From positions 78,388 to 142,387 of the forward strand of contig JAPSGB010000006.1 of assembly GCA_035063585.1 (NCBI GenBank): a DNA stretch of 64,000 bases, written 5' to 3'. The stretch comes from Polyangiaceae bacterium (GTDB taxonomy: Bacteria > Myxococcota_A > Polyangia > Polyangiales > Polyangiaceae). Below the pieces are notes generated by a model, which saw only the letters and a program-made list of their open reading frames with translations, searched no databases and was not told the origin of the DNA. This document shows positions 22,301 to 30,921 of this stretch, in pieces. Numbering within the stretch: the first letter of the stretch is position 1; each line of letters opens with the position of its first letter. A program made the translations under genes and the position numbers.

Positions 22301-23829
22301 AGTTCCCGGCGCTCACCGCGGCGGTGACCACGCCGGGCGGCCAAGAGACGGTCTTCGACGTCCGCGGCCGGGTGACGAGCCTGGCCACCGCCGCCGAGGT
22401 CGACGCCAAGCTGGTGATGCGCCAGGTGGAGCTCTCTACGCTGACGGCGGTGTCTCCGCGGGTCGAGCGCGCCTCGGGCAGCCTCGGCGGCGAGCTTCGC
22501 GTGACCGGGCCGCTCCGCTCGCTGCGCTACGAGGGCGGCTTCCGCCTGTCGAACGGCGAGCTCGGCTTGCGCGGGCTGCCCTCTGCCATCACCGACATCC
22601 AGCTCGGCGTCGTACTCGACAGCGGCGAGCTCCGGATCACCCACGGGACGGCCAACGTCGGCGGCGGCACCCTGGCGGTCTCGGGCAGCGCTCCGCTGCG
22701 CGGCTTCGACATGGGTACCGCCCACGTGACGCTCACTGCTCGTGGGCTCGCCTTCCCGGTGGACACCGGCGTCCAGGCGACGGTCGACGCAGATCTGGTC
22801 GCGCGCTGGCAGCCGCCGAGCGAGGGCGCCCCGCACACCCTCCCCCACGTCTCGGGCACGGTCACGCTGCGATCCTTCGAATATACCCGACCCGTGACCA
22901 TGACCGCGGATATCTCCGCGCTCGCTCAGCGCGGCAAGCGCACGCAGTTCGAGTCGTACGATCCGGCGGACGACAGCGTCGATTTCGACATCACCCTGCT
23001 CGCGCCGAGCCCGATGCGAATCGAGAACAACCTGGTCGACGCGGAGCTCACCATCGACCGTGACGGGCTGCTCCTGGCCGGCACGAACCAGCGGTTCGGC
23101 CTGCGCGGCACCGTGAAACTCAAGCCCGGCGGGCGACTCCGACTCCGTCGCAGCGAGTTCGAGATTCGTCAGGGTCAGGTGCGCTTCGACGATCTCACGC
23201 GGATCTCGCCGCAGGTCGACGTGACCGCCGACACGGACTACCGGCGCTACACCGAGAACCCGGGCGCCGCGGGCGGCGCCGCCGGTGGCGGCGCGTCGGC
23301 CGCGACCGGCGGAGCGACCTCCGCGCGCGGAGGGCTCTGGCACGTCACGCTCCACGCCTACGGCGACGCGGAGCGGCTGCGGATCGACCTCACGAGCGAG
23401 CCGCAGCTCGCGCAAGACGACATCTTCCTCTTGCTCACGGTGGGGCTCACTCGCGCGGAGCTCGACCAGGCGCAGTCGGCGAGCGTTGGCGAGAGCGTGG
23501 CGCTCGAGGCGCTGGGCACGCTCACCGGAGCCGACAAGGCGGTCACCGACGCGGTGCCGGTCATCGACGAGTTCCGGTTCGGGAGCGCCTATTCTTCACG
23601 CACCGGCCGCACCGAGCCGACCGTCACCATCGGCAAGCGTCTCGCCGAGCGCATCCGCGCGAGCGTGACCAGCGGCCTCAGCGACTCCCGCGAGGTCCGC
23701 TCCAACGTCGAGTGGAGGCTGAGCCCACGCGTCAGCGTGGAGGGCTCCTATGACAACGTGAACGACATTTCGAGCTCCAGCCTCGGCAATCTCGGCGCGG
23801 ACATCCGCTGGCGGCTGGAGTTCGAGTGA
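19366..23829 (+). CDS. Translocation and assembly module TamB / AsmA-like protein
   Basis: 1487 aa, N-terminal anchor, beta-rich body, C-terminal TamB-like segment (LTSEPQLAQDDIFLLL, TIGKRL, WRLEFE). Confidence 0.85.
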   Translation: MRARRPARRYRRPWDVPRLVARALCLLFGLVGALPLLGGVLLRSEPVRRWAAAETARVLERELGVTATYQVEVTLWPLAVSVHDLEVPSLDGGTPALSIRRVSVAPRVFALLAGRLDAGDIEIDAPSARLVVRDGALVNVAYRVPEQRAPARELEQAPFSSISVTDARLDLDVDGVRVVTGPTDIDVFADKGPSFEVALRSGATEVTRTRTVRVEASPNASEPKLETDAEGRRFERRRAVDEDVLCRLDLRARYARGEILVRRLSLQGEADRDPAPGTRPSCRAGAAGGEGEWHLAARLSELRFGKRAGEQPFVDGQVMARAPAGLVNRFVETSTVFGWVGVSGELRYDGTTKLPKFKGTVQGGSLGLDVYHLAKTLAASVELSNEQVRIARFEMEFADGHTVLTDGLIEPLAAGAPIRVAKVESADMTFEGLMRDLGVTPGTVVAWRLRKTRVTKIGGTLAPLRIDAELAAETTGFEVFDRAFHDPGRKHMVGVRAANVKGRIGVRPDAFEIYDTRADFGKSSLYTRLVSIGFHNDIRVVVDKSSKLDLADISPLVNIPMAGSAQLDVDMAGKSGNPLLTGNLSIQGFEFGGFPIGDLKGAKVTFRPLWLAITDARGKKGKSEFRVPSARLDFDTRASVVVDADVQSERFDLRDFLAIWLFDTDPRWDEVKGEAAVGARVHYVLGGPEDRCGDGNLRVTGQASFKHLDLFEERYDSGKADFDFRWADARASYLGFDLALPSVSLVKGSGTLLGSVRVTPGGVVRGNLVATAVPLSKLDALGALGYALEGEASGVAEVGGTIDALSLSADVRVSPLRVGGARLGGSNLAVRLVPRARARRSLGTTRCGQPIPAPFERAEFERDEPDGVFHVDGRMFGGQVALADLQVTRQRKKHVFGDVDFASLDLGAVAQLAPALAAVDSPPRGRLSGRLHLADLPLDDPARADATFAISTLEVKRGELGARLLPDTRPVRLHESTLEFPALTAAVTTPGGQETVFDVRGRVTSLATAAEVDAKLVMRQVELSTLTAVSPRVERASGSLGGELRVTGPLRSLRYEGGFRLSNGELGLRGLPSAITDIQLGVVLDSGELRITHGTANVGGGTLAVSGSAPLRGFDMGTAHVTLTARGLAFPVDTGVQATVDADLVARWQPPSEGAPHTLPHVSGTVTLRSFEYTRPVTMTADISALAQRGKRTQFESYDPADDSVDFDITLLAPSPMRIENNLVDAELTIDRDGLLLAGTNQRFGLRGTVKLKPGGRLRLRRSEFEIRQGQVRFDDLTRISPQVDVTADTDYRRYTENPGAAGGAAGGGASAATGGATSARGGLWHVTLHAYGDAERLRIDLTSEPQLAQDDIFLLLTVGLTRAELDQAQSASVGESVALEALGTLTGADKAVTDAVPVIDEFRFGSAYSSRTGRTEPTVTIGKRLAERIRASVTSGLSDSREVRSNVEWRLSPRVSVEGSYDNVNDISSSSLGNLGADIRWRLEFE

Positions 23830-23858
23830 GGCTCGACGGGCGCGAGCGCGGGCGCCGC

Positions 23859-24905
23859 TCACTCGACCAGGTAGGTCGCGGCGACTGGGAAATGGTCGCT
23901 CGCCTCGGCGACCGCGGCCGAGTGGAGGATGGACACGGTGGACGGCTGGAGGAGCGCGGCGGCGCGGCCCCCGAGCGCCTGGTTGTCGATGAGCTGCTCG
24001 TCCCCTTGATAGACGAAGCTATAGCGCTCACTCGCCGGAACGAACGAGCCGACCAGGGTGAGCTGCTTCGGCGGCGCGCCGACCAGGGCGAGCATCGGCG
24101 GGGAGTCCGGCGTGGCGTTGAAATCACCGAGCGTGATGACGGCAGCCGCCGGCTCGGACGCCTCGAGCGCGAGCGCGATGGCGCGGGTGCGCTCGGCCTC
24201 GGCGAGCCGCTTTTCCTGGCTCTTGGTCTCACTGCCCGCCTTGAAGTGGATGCCGAGGAGCACGATCTTCCGGCCGTTGACGGTGAGGTGCACCTCCAGG
24301 CAATCGCGAGCGTACTTGTAGGTGTCGAGGCCGTTCGTCGAGGGTGAGAAGTAGTCGTTCTTGTGACTCACCACGCTCTCTAGCGGAAACCGGCTGAGCA
24401 CGGCGATGTCGATCCCGCGCGGGTCATTGCCCTGGCTCGTCGTGTGATGCGGGTAGCCGCCGAGCTTGGCCGCGAGATCCGCCGTGACGTGCTCGTTCTC
24501 GACCTCGACGAGCACGGCGAGATCCGGCGCGAGGCTTCGTAGCACCCCCGCGACTCGATCGAGCTTGTCGCGATACTCCGCCGTCGAGAGCACCTGCTCG
24601 TTCGCAATCTCGGGGCTGTCACGCCGGTCGTTGAAGAAGTCGTGGGTGTTGAAATTGGCGATTTTGACGGGCAATGGGACCGGCGGGGCCACGTCGGGGG
24701 CCGCGTCCGAGCTCGCACCTCCCGAGCCCTCGAGCGCCGCGTCACTCGAGGGGCCGTCCGTCATCGAGTCCCCCGCCGAGCCGTCGGGCGGCCGGCTCTC
24801 GGCGTCCCGCTCGTCGGGCTCCGAGAAGTCCCGAGCCGCCCCGGGGCAGCCGGTCACGGCTACCAGGAGCGCGAGCGAAGCGAGGGCCAAGCGGGGGCGC
24901 GTCAT
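23859..24905 (-). CDS. Endonuclease/exonuclease/phosphatase family lipoprotein
   Basis: Lipobox VTGC, ANFN, VEVEN, DPRGIDIAVLS, HFK, LGDFN, SDHFPV. Confidence 0.88.
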   Translation of the reverse strand: MTRPRLALASLALLVAVTGCPGAARDFSEPDERDAESRPPDGSAGDSMTDGPSSDAALEGSGGASSDAAPDVAPPVPLPVKIANFNTHDFFNDRRDSPEIANEQVLSTAEYRDKLDRVAGVLRSLAPDLAVLVEVENEHVTADLAAKLGGYPHHTTSQGNDPRGIDIAVLSRFPLESVVSHKNDYFSPSTNGLDTYKYARDCLEVHLTVNGRKIVLLGIHFKAGSETKSQEKRLAEAERTRAIALALEASEPAAAVITLGDFNATPDSPPMLALVGAPPKQLTLVGSFVPASERYSFVYQGDEQLIDNQALGGRAAALLQPSTVSILHSAAVAEASDHFPVAATYLVE

Positions 24906-25021
24906 CCGAGAACCCTAGCTCGATTTCCCAGCTTTTGCTGGCGGCATGGCCGGTGGCCTGTGCTAGGAGAGCGCCCCCGCGCACCGACGCCGGGCCGGCC
25001 GAGCCGCCGGAAGCAGCACCC

Positions 25022-25957
25022 ATGCCGGCAGACACGACGACGGAGAGCGGTGATCCGAGCCGCGCGATGCACGCGCTCGAACGAGCGGTCGCCGCTGCCG
25101 AGCGGGGTGCCGTGGATCGCCCCATCGTGCTGGCCAGCCCGGCGGACGTCGCGGCGCTCTCGCCGGCCGATCTCCGCCGCGAGCTCGACCGCGTGATGAT
25201 GGCGCCCCATTCGGACGATGGGCTCGACGCGCTGCTCGCAGGCGGCGTCCTCGACGCCATCTTGCCGGAGGTACGCGCGCTGGTCGGCTTCGGGGACGGC
25301 GAGTGGCGTCACAAGGACGTGTGGAAGCACACGAAGCAGGTCGTCTGCCAGAGCACCGAGCGGCTCGAGGTGAGGTGGGCGGCGCTCTTCCACGACATCG
25401 GCAAGGTGCGGACGCGGAGCATCTCGCCGGAAGGCGAGGTCCACTTCTTCGGCCACGCGGAGGTGGGCGCCCGGATGTTCGAGAAGATGGATCGCCGCCA
25501 GAAGCTCTTCGCGAGCGACGACGCGCTCCGCCGGGAGATCCATTTCCTGGTTCTTCACCACCTGCGCGCGAGCCAGTACGACGGGAGCTGGACGGACAGC
25601 GCGGTGCGGCGCTTCGCGCGCGAGATGGGCCCCTACCTGGAGGACCTCCTCTGCCTGTCCCGCGCCGACATCACGACCAAGCGGCCCGAGAAGAAGCGTC
25701 GCGGGATCTCGATGATCGACCAGCTCGCAGACCGCATCACCACGCTCGCCGCCGAGGACGCGGTGGTGCCCCCGCTCCCGAGCGGCGTGGGCAACGAGCT
25801 CATGACCAGGTTCGGGCTCCCACCGTCGCGCAAGATTGGCGACATCAAGCGCGCGCTCGAGGCGGCCATCGACGCGGGTGAGCTCGAGGGCCACCGCGAG
25901 CCCGCCTACTACGTGGAATACGTCGGCGCGAACCCGGCGCGCTTCGGGCTCGATTGA
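25022..25957 (+). CDS. HD-domain protein resembling the body/tail of class II CCA-adding enzymes, without the nucleotidyltransferase head
   Basis: HKDVWKHT, AALFHDIGK, FFGHAEVGA, WTDSAVRR, ADITTK, GNELM..GLPP. Start at 25022 or a slightly later ATG. Confidence 0.82.
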   Translation: MPADTTTESGDPSRAMHALERAVAAAERGAVDRPIVLASPADVAALSPADLRRELDRVMMAPHSDDGLDALLAGGVLDAILPEVRALVGFGDGEWRHKDVWKHTKQVVCQSTERLEVRWAALFHDIGKVRTRSISPEGEVHFFGHAEVGARMFEKMDRRQKLFASDDALRREIHFLVLHHLRASQYDGSWTDSAVRRFAREMGPYLEDLLCLSRADITTKRPEKKRRGISMIDQLADRITTLAAEDAVVPPLPSGVGNELMTRFGLPPSRKIGDIKRALEAAIDAGELEGHREPAYYVEYVGANPARFGLD

Positions 25958-26003
25958 GCCGCGCGCGCGGAAGCTCCTCGAGAGCGCGCCGGGTGCGCGC
26001 GGC

Positions 26004-27344
26004 TCACGCGGTGGGCTCGGGCGCGGGCGGCGCTGGCTTCGACGCCGCCATCATCAGGAACGCCCGAGAGGCGAGCGGCATCACGAGCTTCGGCAGCCCA
26101 CCGCGCGGCGCGAGCAGCCCGACGAGCCCAAACAGGAGCACGAGCGTGCGCTCGACGTAGAAGTAGCCCTCTGGATACTCCACGCTCCGCATGAGCTGGC
26201 GGAGCCGGCCGCGCACGCGCTCGTAGCCGACCAGCTCCTCGACCGTCTTCCGATCGATCTTGGAGAAGTCTCGGATCTTCACCTCCGAGAGCACCGTCAG
26301 GTACTCGCGCCCCACTCGCGCGAGGAGCTCCTTGTCGCCGCCCTCGGCGACGAACCCCATCCGCTCGAGCCCCTCGAGGATCTGGACGTCATTCTGGGTG
26401 ATGGCGCCGAGCACCACGGTCTGCATTCCCTCGGCGAGGGGCGGCGTGACCTCCTCGACCGCGCCGTAGTCCAAGATCACGAGCGTCGGGCCCGGGCGCA
26501 CCAGGAAGTTTCCCGGGTGAGGATCGGCGTGAAACACCCGCCGCTCGAACAGCATCTTGAAGTAGCAGTCGACCAGGAGCCGGGCGACGGCCTCGGTCTC
26601 GATCCCCTGGGCCGCGAGCCCAGCGACGTCGCTGATCTTGGTGCCCTCCTCGAAGCTCATCACCAGCACCCCGGCTCGGGTGAGCTCGTCGATGACCTCC
26701 GGAACGACCACGTCGTCGCGATCCTTGAACACGTCGCGCAGGCGCTCCACGTTCTTACGCTCGTTCGCGTAGTCCGTCTCGTGCGCGAGCATCTCCGCAA
26801 GCTGATCGAGCACGCGGTCGAGCCGCGAGACGACGATGAGGCGCTTGACGATCGGCAGGATCGAACGGAGCACGGCGAGATCGCGCCGAATGAGCGTCTC
26901 GATGCCGGGGTACTTCACCTTCACCGCGACCCGCCGCCCGTCCTTCAACCGGGCGCGGTGGACCTGCGCCAGCGAGGCCGCAGCGAGCGCCTCGCGCTCG
27001 AAGTCCTCGAAGTGGCGGAGCGGGTCGGCTCCGAGCGCCTCCTCGAGCCGACCCTCGATCTCCGGGAACGGTCGCGGCGGCACCTTGTCCTGGAGCGTCT
27101 CGAGCTCCTCCCCGTACGCCGGGGGCAGGAACGTCCCGACCACGCTCAGCACCTGCCCGACCTTGATGAAGACCCCGCGAAGGCGCACGAACCCGCGGAC
27201 CAGGCGTCGCGCGTTCGCGCGGTGGACGCGCGCCCAGCGAGCCTCGAGCCGGCGCTCGCCGAACAGCTTGGTGAGCAGCCACTGGAGTCCGTAGGACGCG
27301 AAGAGCGTCCAGAAGAGCAAGAGCGCGCGAAACGAGCGGAGCAC
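26004..27344 (-). CDS. AarF/ABC1/UbiB atypical kinase
   Basis: FIKVGQVLS, LQD, AAASLAQVHRA, VAVKV, HADPHPGN, LDYG. Confidence 0.92.
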   Translation of the reverse strand: MLRSFRALLLFWTLFASYGLQWLLTKLFGERRLEARWARVHRANARRLVRGFVRLRGVFIKVGQVLSVVGTFLPPAYGEELETLQDKVPPRPFPEIEGRLEEALGADPLRHFEDFEREALAAASLAQVHRARLKDGRRVAVKVKYPGIETLIRRDLAVLRSILPIVKRLIVVSRLDRVLDQLAEMLAHETDYANERKNVERLRDVFKDRDDVVVPEVIDELTRAGVLVMSFEEGTKISDVAGLAAQGIETEAVARLLVDCYFKMLFERRVFHADPHPGNFLVRPGPTLVILDYGAVEEVTPPLAEGMQTVVLGAITQNDVQILEGLERMGFVAEGGDKELLARVGREYLTVLSEVKIRDFSKIDRKTVEELVGYERVRGRLRQLMRSVEYPEGYFYVERTLVLLFGLVGLLAPRGGLPKLVMPLASRAFLMMAASKPAPPAPEPTA

Positions 27345-27531
27345 GGCCCGCGGAGGGTAGTCCAGGCGAGCGGCTGCCTGCCGAGGTTTGTGGGGGGGCG
27401 CGCCGCGCTCCGGGCGCGCCGCGGCGCTCGCGGGGCGGCGCCGAGCCGGCCGGGGAGGGCGAACGGAATTTCGGGAATCTTCGCGACCGCTCGCGCGCTG
27501 AGGAAAGCGGCCGGGGTAGATTGGGCTCACC

Positions 27532-28845
27532 GTGTCGGAATCGGAGCATCCGAGCGACCTCGGCATCTACCGGCGGGCGCTCACGATTGGCGTGCTCGGC
27601 GTCGGTGCGGCGCTGGTGGCGGCGCTCGCGAGCGCGAGCCGCCGTCCGCGCATGCCGCCGCTCGACCACTTCGCCCCGCCAGAGATCCCGACGCTCGCCG
27701 CGGCGCCGCCCAAGCGCACCCTCGAGCCGCTGACACCCGAGCTGCGTCGCAAGGGGTTTCATGAGTGTAACCCGCACGATGCGCTCGGGCTCGGGCCATA
27801 TCGCCCGTACCGCAACCTCTCGATGGGTCGAATCCTCATCCCGCAGAAGGGCGGTCACGGCGCCGACATGGGCTACGACGTCCTCATCCACTTCCACGGT
27901 CACGAGCCCGCGCGAAAAGTGCTCGTGCAGGTAGCGCGCGGGGTGACCTTCGTCGGAATCGACAAGGGGCTCGGCAGCGGAGCGTACTCGAACGCGTTCC
28001 AGAACCCGGACGTCTTCCCGAACCTGCGCCGCTCGATCGAGCGCACCCTGCAGGCCGAGAGCGGGGATCCGCGCGCGCACATCCGCCACCTCGCGCTCTC
28101 CGCGTGGAGCGCCGGCTACGGGGCGGTGAACGAGATCCTGAAGCGGGGCGACGAGGGCATCGACGCAGTCGTGCTCCTCGATGGTCTGCACGCCGGTTGG
28201 AAGCCTGGGCGACCGCACAAACAGGTCAGCTCATCGGCGGACGCCGCGTTCGTACAGCCCACCTTCGATTTTGCGCGCCGCGCGATGCGTGGCGAAAAGA
28301 TCTTCATCTTCACCCACTCCCAGATCGATCCGGGCGAGTACCCCGGGACGGCCGTCACCGCCAAGCTCCTCCTCTCGTCTCTCGGCCTCGACGAGACCCC
28401 GCACGATCCGGGGGGCGATCCGTTCGGACTCATCGGCACGACCGACGTGAAGGGACTTCACGTCTGGTCGTATCGCGGAGGGAACGAGGCCGCGCACTGC
28501 TCGCACCTCACGTACCTGGCGGCGGCGGTTCAGGATCTCATCGAGCCCGCGTGGCACACGCCTCCGATGGATCGCAACGTGCCTCCGACGCCGGCGCCGA
28601 AGCTCGGCGGCGAGAGCGCCGGTGAGCCAGCGCTCGCGCCTTCACCCGACGCGGACGAGGCGGCGACGCCGCTCGCCGAGGGCGCCGCCACCATCGAGCT
28701 CCTGCCGCGGCCGGGCGCGCCGCCGGCCGCGCCGGAGCGACCCAGGCCCCCGGAGCCGGCAGAGCTGCTCGGGCTCACGCCGAACCTCGCGCCCGCCCCG
28801 GCGCCGCCGCCCGCCTCGACGACCGCGCCAGCGCCCAGCGAATGA
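27532..28845 (+). CDS. Hypothetical membrane-anchored alpha/beta-hydrolase-like protein with Pro-rich tail
   Basis: TM anchor, IHFHG, SAWSAGY elbow-like motif, LLDGLH. Confidence 0.65.
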   Translation: MSESEHPSDLGIYRRALTIGVLGVGAALVAALASASRRPRMPPLDHFAPPEIPTLAAAPPKRTLEPLTPELRRKGFHECNPHDALGLGPYRPYRNLSMGRILIPQKGGHGADMGYDVLIHFHGHEPARKVLVQVARGVTFVGIDKGLGSGAYSNAFQNPDVFPNLRRSIERTLQAESGDPRAHIRHLALSAWSAGYGAVNEILKRGDEGIDAVVLLDGLHAGWKPGRPHKQVSSSADAAFVQPTFDFARRAMRGEKIFIFTHSQIDPGEYPGTAVTAKLLLSSLGLDETPHDPGGDPFGLIGTTDVKGLHVWSYRGGNEAAHCSHLTYLAAAVQDLIEPAWHTPPMDRNVPPTPAPKLGGESAGEPALAPSPDADEAATPLAEGAATIELLPRPGAPPAAPERPRPPEPAELLGLTPNLAPAPAPPPASTTAPAPSE

Positions 28846-28872
28846 GGAGGCCTTCCGGGGCGCTCGGCAGAC

Positions 28873-28932
28873 AAAAAAAGGAGCGCCCGGTGCTGCTCGG
28901 GGAGGGGAGGGTGGGCGCAGCACCGGACGCTC
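28873..28932 (-). terminator. Intrinsic terminator: 16-bp stem, 20-nt C-rich loop, U7 tract
   Basis: Minus strand: gagcgtccggtgctgc / gcccaccctcccctccccga / gcagcaccgggcgctc / c / ttttttt. Confidence 0.85.
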
Positions 28933-28989
28933 GGGAGTGTCTCGTCGACTCGGCGTCTCATGGATAGTTACGTTCGAGACGCCGAATCG
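28873..28989 (-). ncRNA. Candidate 3'-UTR-derived structured RNA (two hairpins)
   Basis: Second 14-bp stem at 28946-28989 with a 16-nt AU-rich loop; the single mismatch in each stem is a G-U pair only on the minus strand. Confidence 0.45.
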
Positions 28990-29004
28990 GTTTCTCGTGA
29001 GGGC

Positions 29005-29523
29005 TCAGCTCGCCTTCGGCTGGGCGCGCTTGCCCTCGTGATGCCGCCCATGCCCGCGCTTGCCGCGCTTGCCGTGACGGAGAGACTGCTCGAGCTTGGC
29101 GAGCTCGGCGGGCTTCAGGATCTTACCGAGCTCGGCCCGCTCACTCTTGCGGATGGTGGCGAGCTTGCCGCGGTTCGCCTCGAGCTCGGCGCGCAACGCC
29201 TCGCGGGCCTTGTCGTCCTTGCTCTTCCGCGCCTCGCGGAGCTTCTTCATCGTCTCGCGCCGCTGCTTCATGATGGGCTCGCGCTGGGCGTCGAACCGCT
29301 TCATGACGCCGAGCGCCTGCTTGGCGCGGTTCGCGTCGACGCCCGCGGCGTCGAGGGCCGCGGAGCGCTTCTGCTCGCGGAAGGCGGCGCGCTCCGCCGG
29401 GGTCTTCTTGGCGTGCTCGGCGTGCCGGGCCGAGGGCGCGCGACCCTCGGCGGGCTCCGCCAAGGCAGGGACGGCGACGAAAGACGCGGCAAGCAGGGCG
29501 GCGATGAGGTTCGGTGAACGCAT
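29005..29523 (-). CDS. Secreted helical protein, Spy/CpxP/ZraP-like
   Basis: Signal peptide ending in ALA, highly charged helical body, C-terminal ILKPAE (compare LTPEQ), His/Lys-rich tail; AGGAG ribosome-binding site. Confidence 0.65.
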   Translation of the reverse strand: MRSPNLIAALLAASFVAVPALAEPAEGRAPSARHAEHAKKTPAERAAFREQKRSAALDAAGVDANRAKQALGVMKRFDAQREPIMKQRRETMKKLREARKSKDDKAREALRAELEANRGKLATIRKSERAELGKILKPAELAKLEQSLRHGKRGKRGHGRHHEGKRAQPKAS

Positions 29524-29692
29524 GGTGGGGCTCCTTGTTTCCTTCTCTTCTTTATGTCGGGGCGGCGCGGAACCGCTCGGCCCGTCGCTCGCTGTCACGT
29601 CCGAGTCATGCCGCCCCGGAGGTGGGCGTTAAGCGTGTGGGCTCGGGCCGCGAGCTCTCGAGCGCTCCCGCGAAAGGGCGCCCCGCCCCGGC

Positions 29693-30844
29693 TCAGACGA
29701 GCCCCTGACGGCGGAGCTGCTCGACACGCTCCGCCGGCGCGGCGGCCACCCGGAGCGCCCGGGCGGCGTCGGTGCCCTCGAGATCGGTCGCGAAGACGAC
29801 GAAGTCGTCCGTCCGCGGGAAGTGGGGCGGCCACGCGGCGCGGTTCAGATCGGCGGCGACCTCGTCGAGGAGCTTGCGGACGCTCCTCTCGGGCGAGGCG
29901 CGGGACCGGAAGAGCTCGCCGAGCAGCTGACCGGCTGCGAGCAGCTCGGGCGCGTCGAAGGTGAGCGCGGGCACGTCGAAGTGACGGTACGAGGCGGGGT
30001 TCCACGCGTGCTCCCGCGCCCGGGTGCCGTGCTCGCGCAGCCACGCCGCCCGCTCGGACGCGAGCCCGACGGCGAGCAGCGGCGGGAGCGAGCCGCCGTC
30101 CTCCGCGTCGGAGACGAGCAGGACGGCAAACGCCGGCTCCTCGAGCGCCAGGCACCCGACGAGCTCCGGTACCGATTCGATCAGCCGCTCGCGCACGACG
30201 GCGCTGAGCGAGGCGAGCGTGGGCCGCGATGCCGGTCGCCGAAAGACGGTGCGCGCGTAGCCGTTCGGGTACACGTGCTGGACGCGCCCGAGGACGCCGA
30301 GCTCGTCGTACTCGACCGCGACGTCGTACGGCGCCTCCTGACCGTCGTGCGAGCGCTGGTTCACCGCGACCGCGATCGGACGCGCGCCGCGGTATTCGTA
30401 GAGCTCCGTCGAGCTGCCCTCGACGGCGTGGGTCGCGGTCTTCACGACCCGCGCGCCCTGCACCGCGCACTCGGTCACGGCGAGGAGCCGGTGCTCGGAC
30501 GAGTAGTCGAAGCGCGCGCGCTCGAAGCCGTCGTCCCGGTACGCGAAGAACTCCTCGTAGGCGCGACTCCGGTCGACATGCTCTCGGATGACCGAGAGCC
30601 GACGCCGCTCATCGAACCCGTACTCATAGGCGCCGTCCGGCGTCGCCGGCGGCTCGCGGAGGCGCCGTCCGCGCTTCAGCTCGCTGCGCTCGATGGCGAG
30701 CGGCAGCGCCTCGTGGAGCGGGCCGGTGGCCCACTCCCAAGTCGTCACCTTCGCCTCGGCGGCGGCGCGCGCCTCGGCCCAGGCGCCCGCGAGCGCCTCG
30801 AAGCGAGCTTGCGCGAGCGCGCTCAGGTCGGGCTCGGTCGCCAT
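29693..30844 (-). CDS. Hypothetical protein
   Basis: 383-aa ORF with protein-like composition and a TACCCT hexamer upstream; no family confidently recognised. Confidence 0.7.
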   Translation of the reverse strand: MATEPDLSALAQARFEALAGAWAEARAAAEAKVTTWEWATGPLHEALPLAIERSELKRGRRLREPPATPDGAYEYGFDERRRLSVIREHVDRSRAYEEFFAYRDDGFERARFDYSSEHRLLAVTECAVQGARVVKTATHAVEGSSTELYEYRGARPIAVAVNQRSHDGQEAPYDVAVEYDELGVLGRVQHVYPNGYARTVFRRPASRPTLASLSAVVRERLIESVPELVGCLALEEPAFAVLLVSDAEDGGSLPPLLAVGLASERAAWLREHGTRAREHAWNPASYRHFDVPALTFDAPELLAAGQLLGELFRSRASPERSVRKLLDEVAADLNRAAWPPHFPRTDDFVVFATDLEGTDAARALRVAAAPAERVEQLRRQGLV

Positions 30845-30921
30845 CGGTTCGGTCAGGGTATCATCCCGTCGAAGCGACGCTCGCTCGGGCTCGGGGCTCG
30901 ACGTGCTAGCGTCGGGGCTGC

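Noticed and set aside
20710..23415. Long antisense ORFs (e.g. 901 aa opposite tamB; 776 aa at 51996-54326; 707 aa at 37198-39321)
   Set aside because: Shadow ORFs expected from strong GC3 bias and scarce stop codons; Arg/Ala-rich with no motifs.
19366..23829. tamB without an adjacent tamA/bamA
   Set aside because: The partner can be encoded elsewhere; this cannot be judged from the window.
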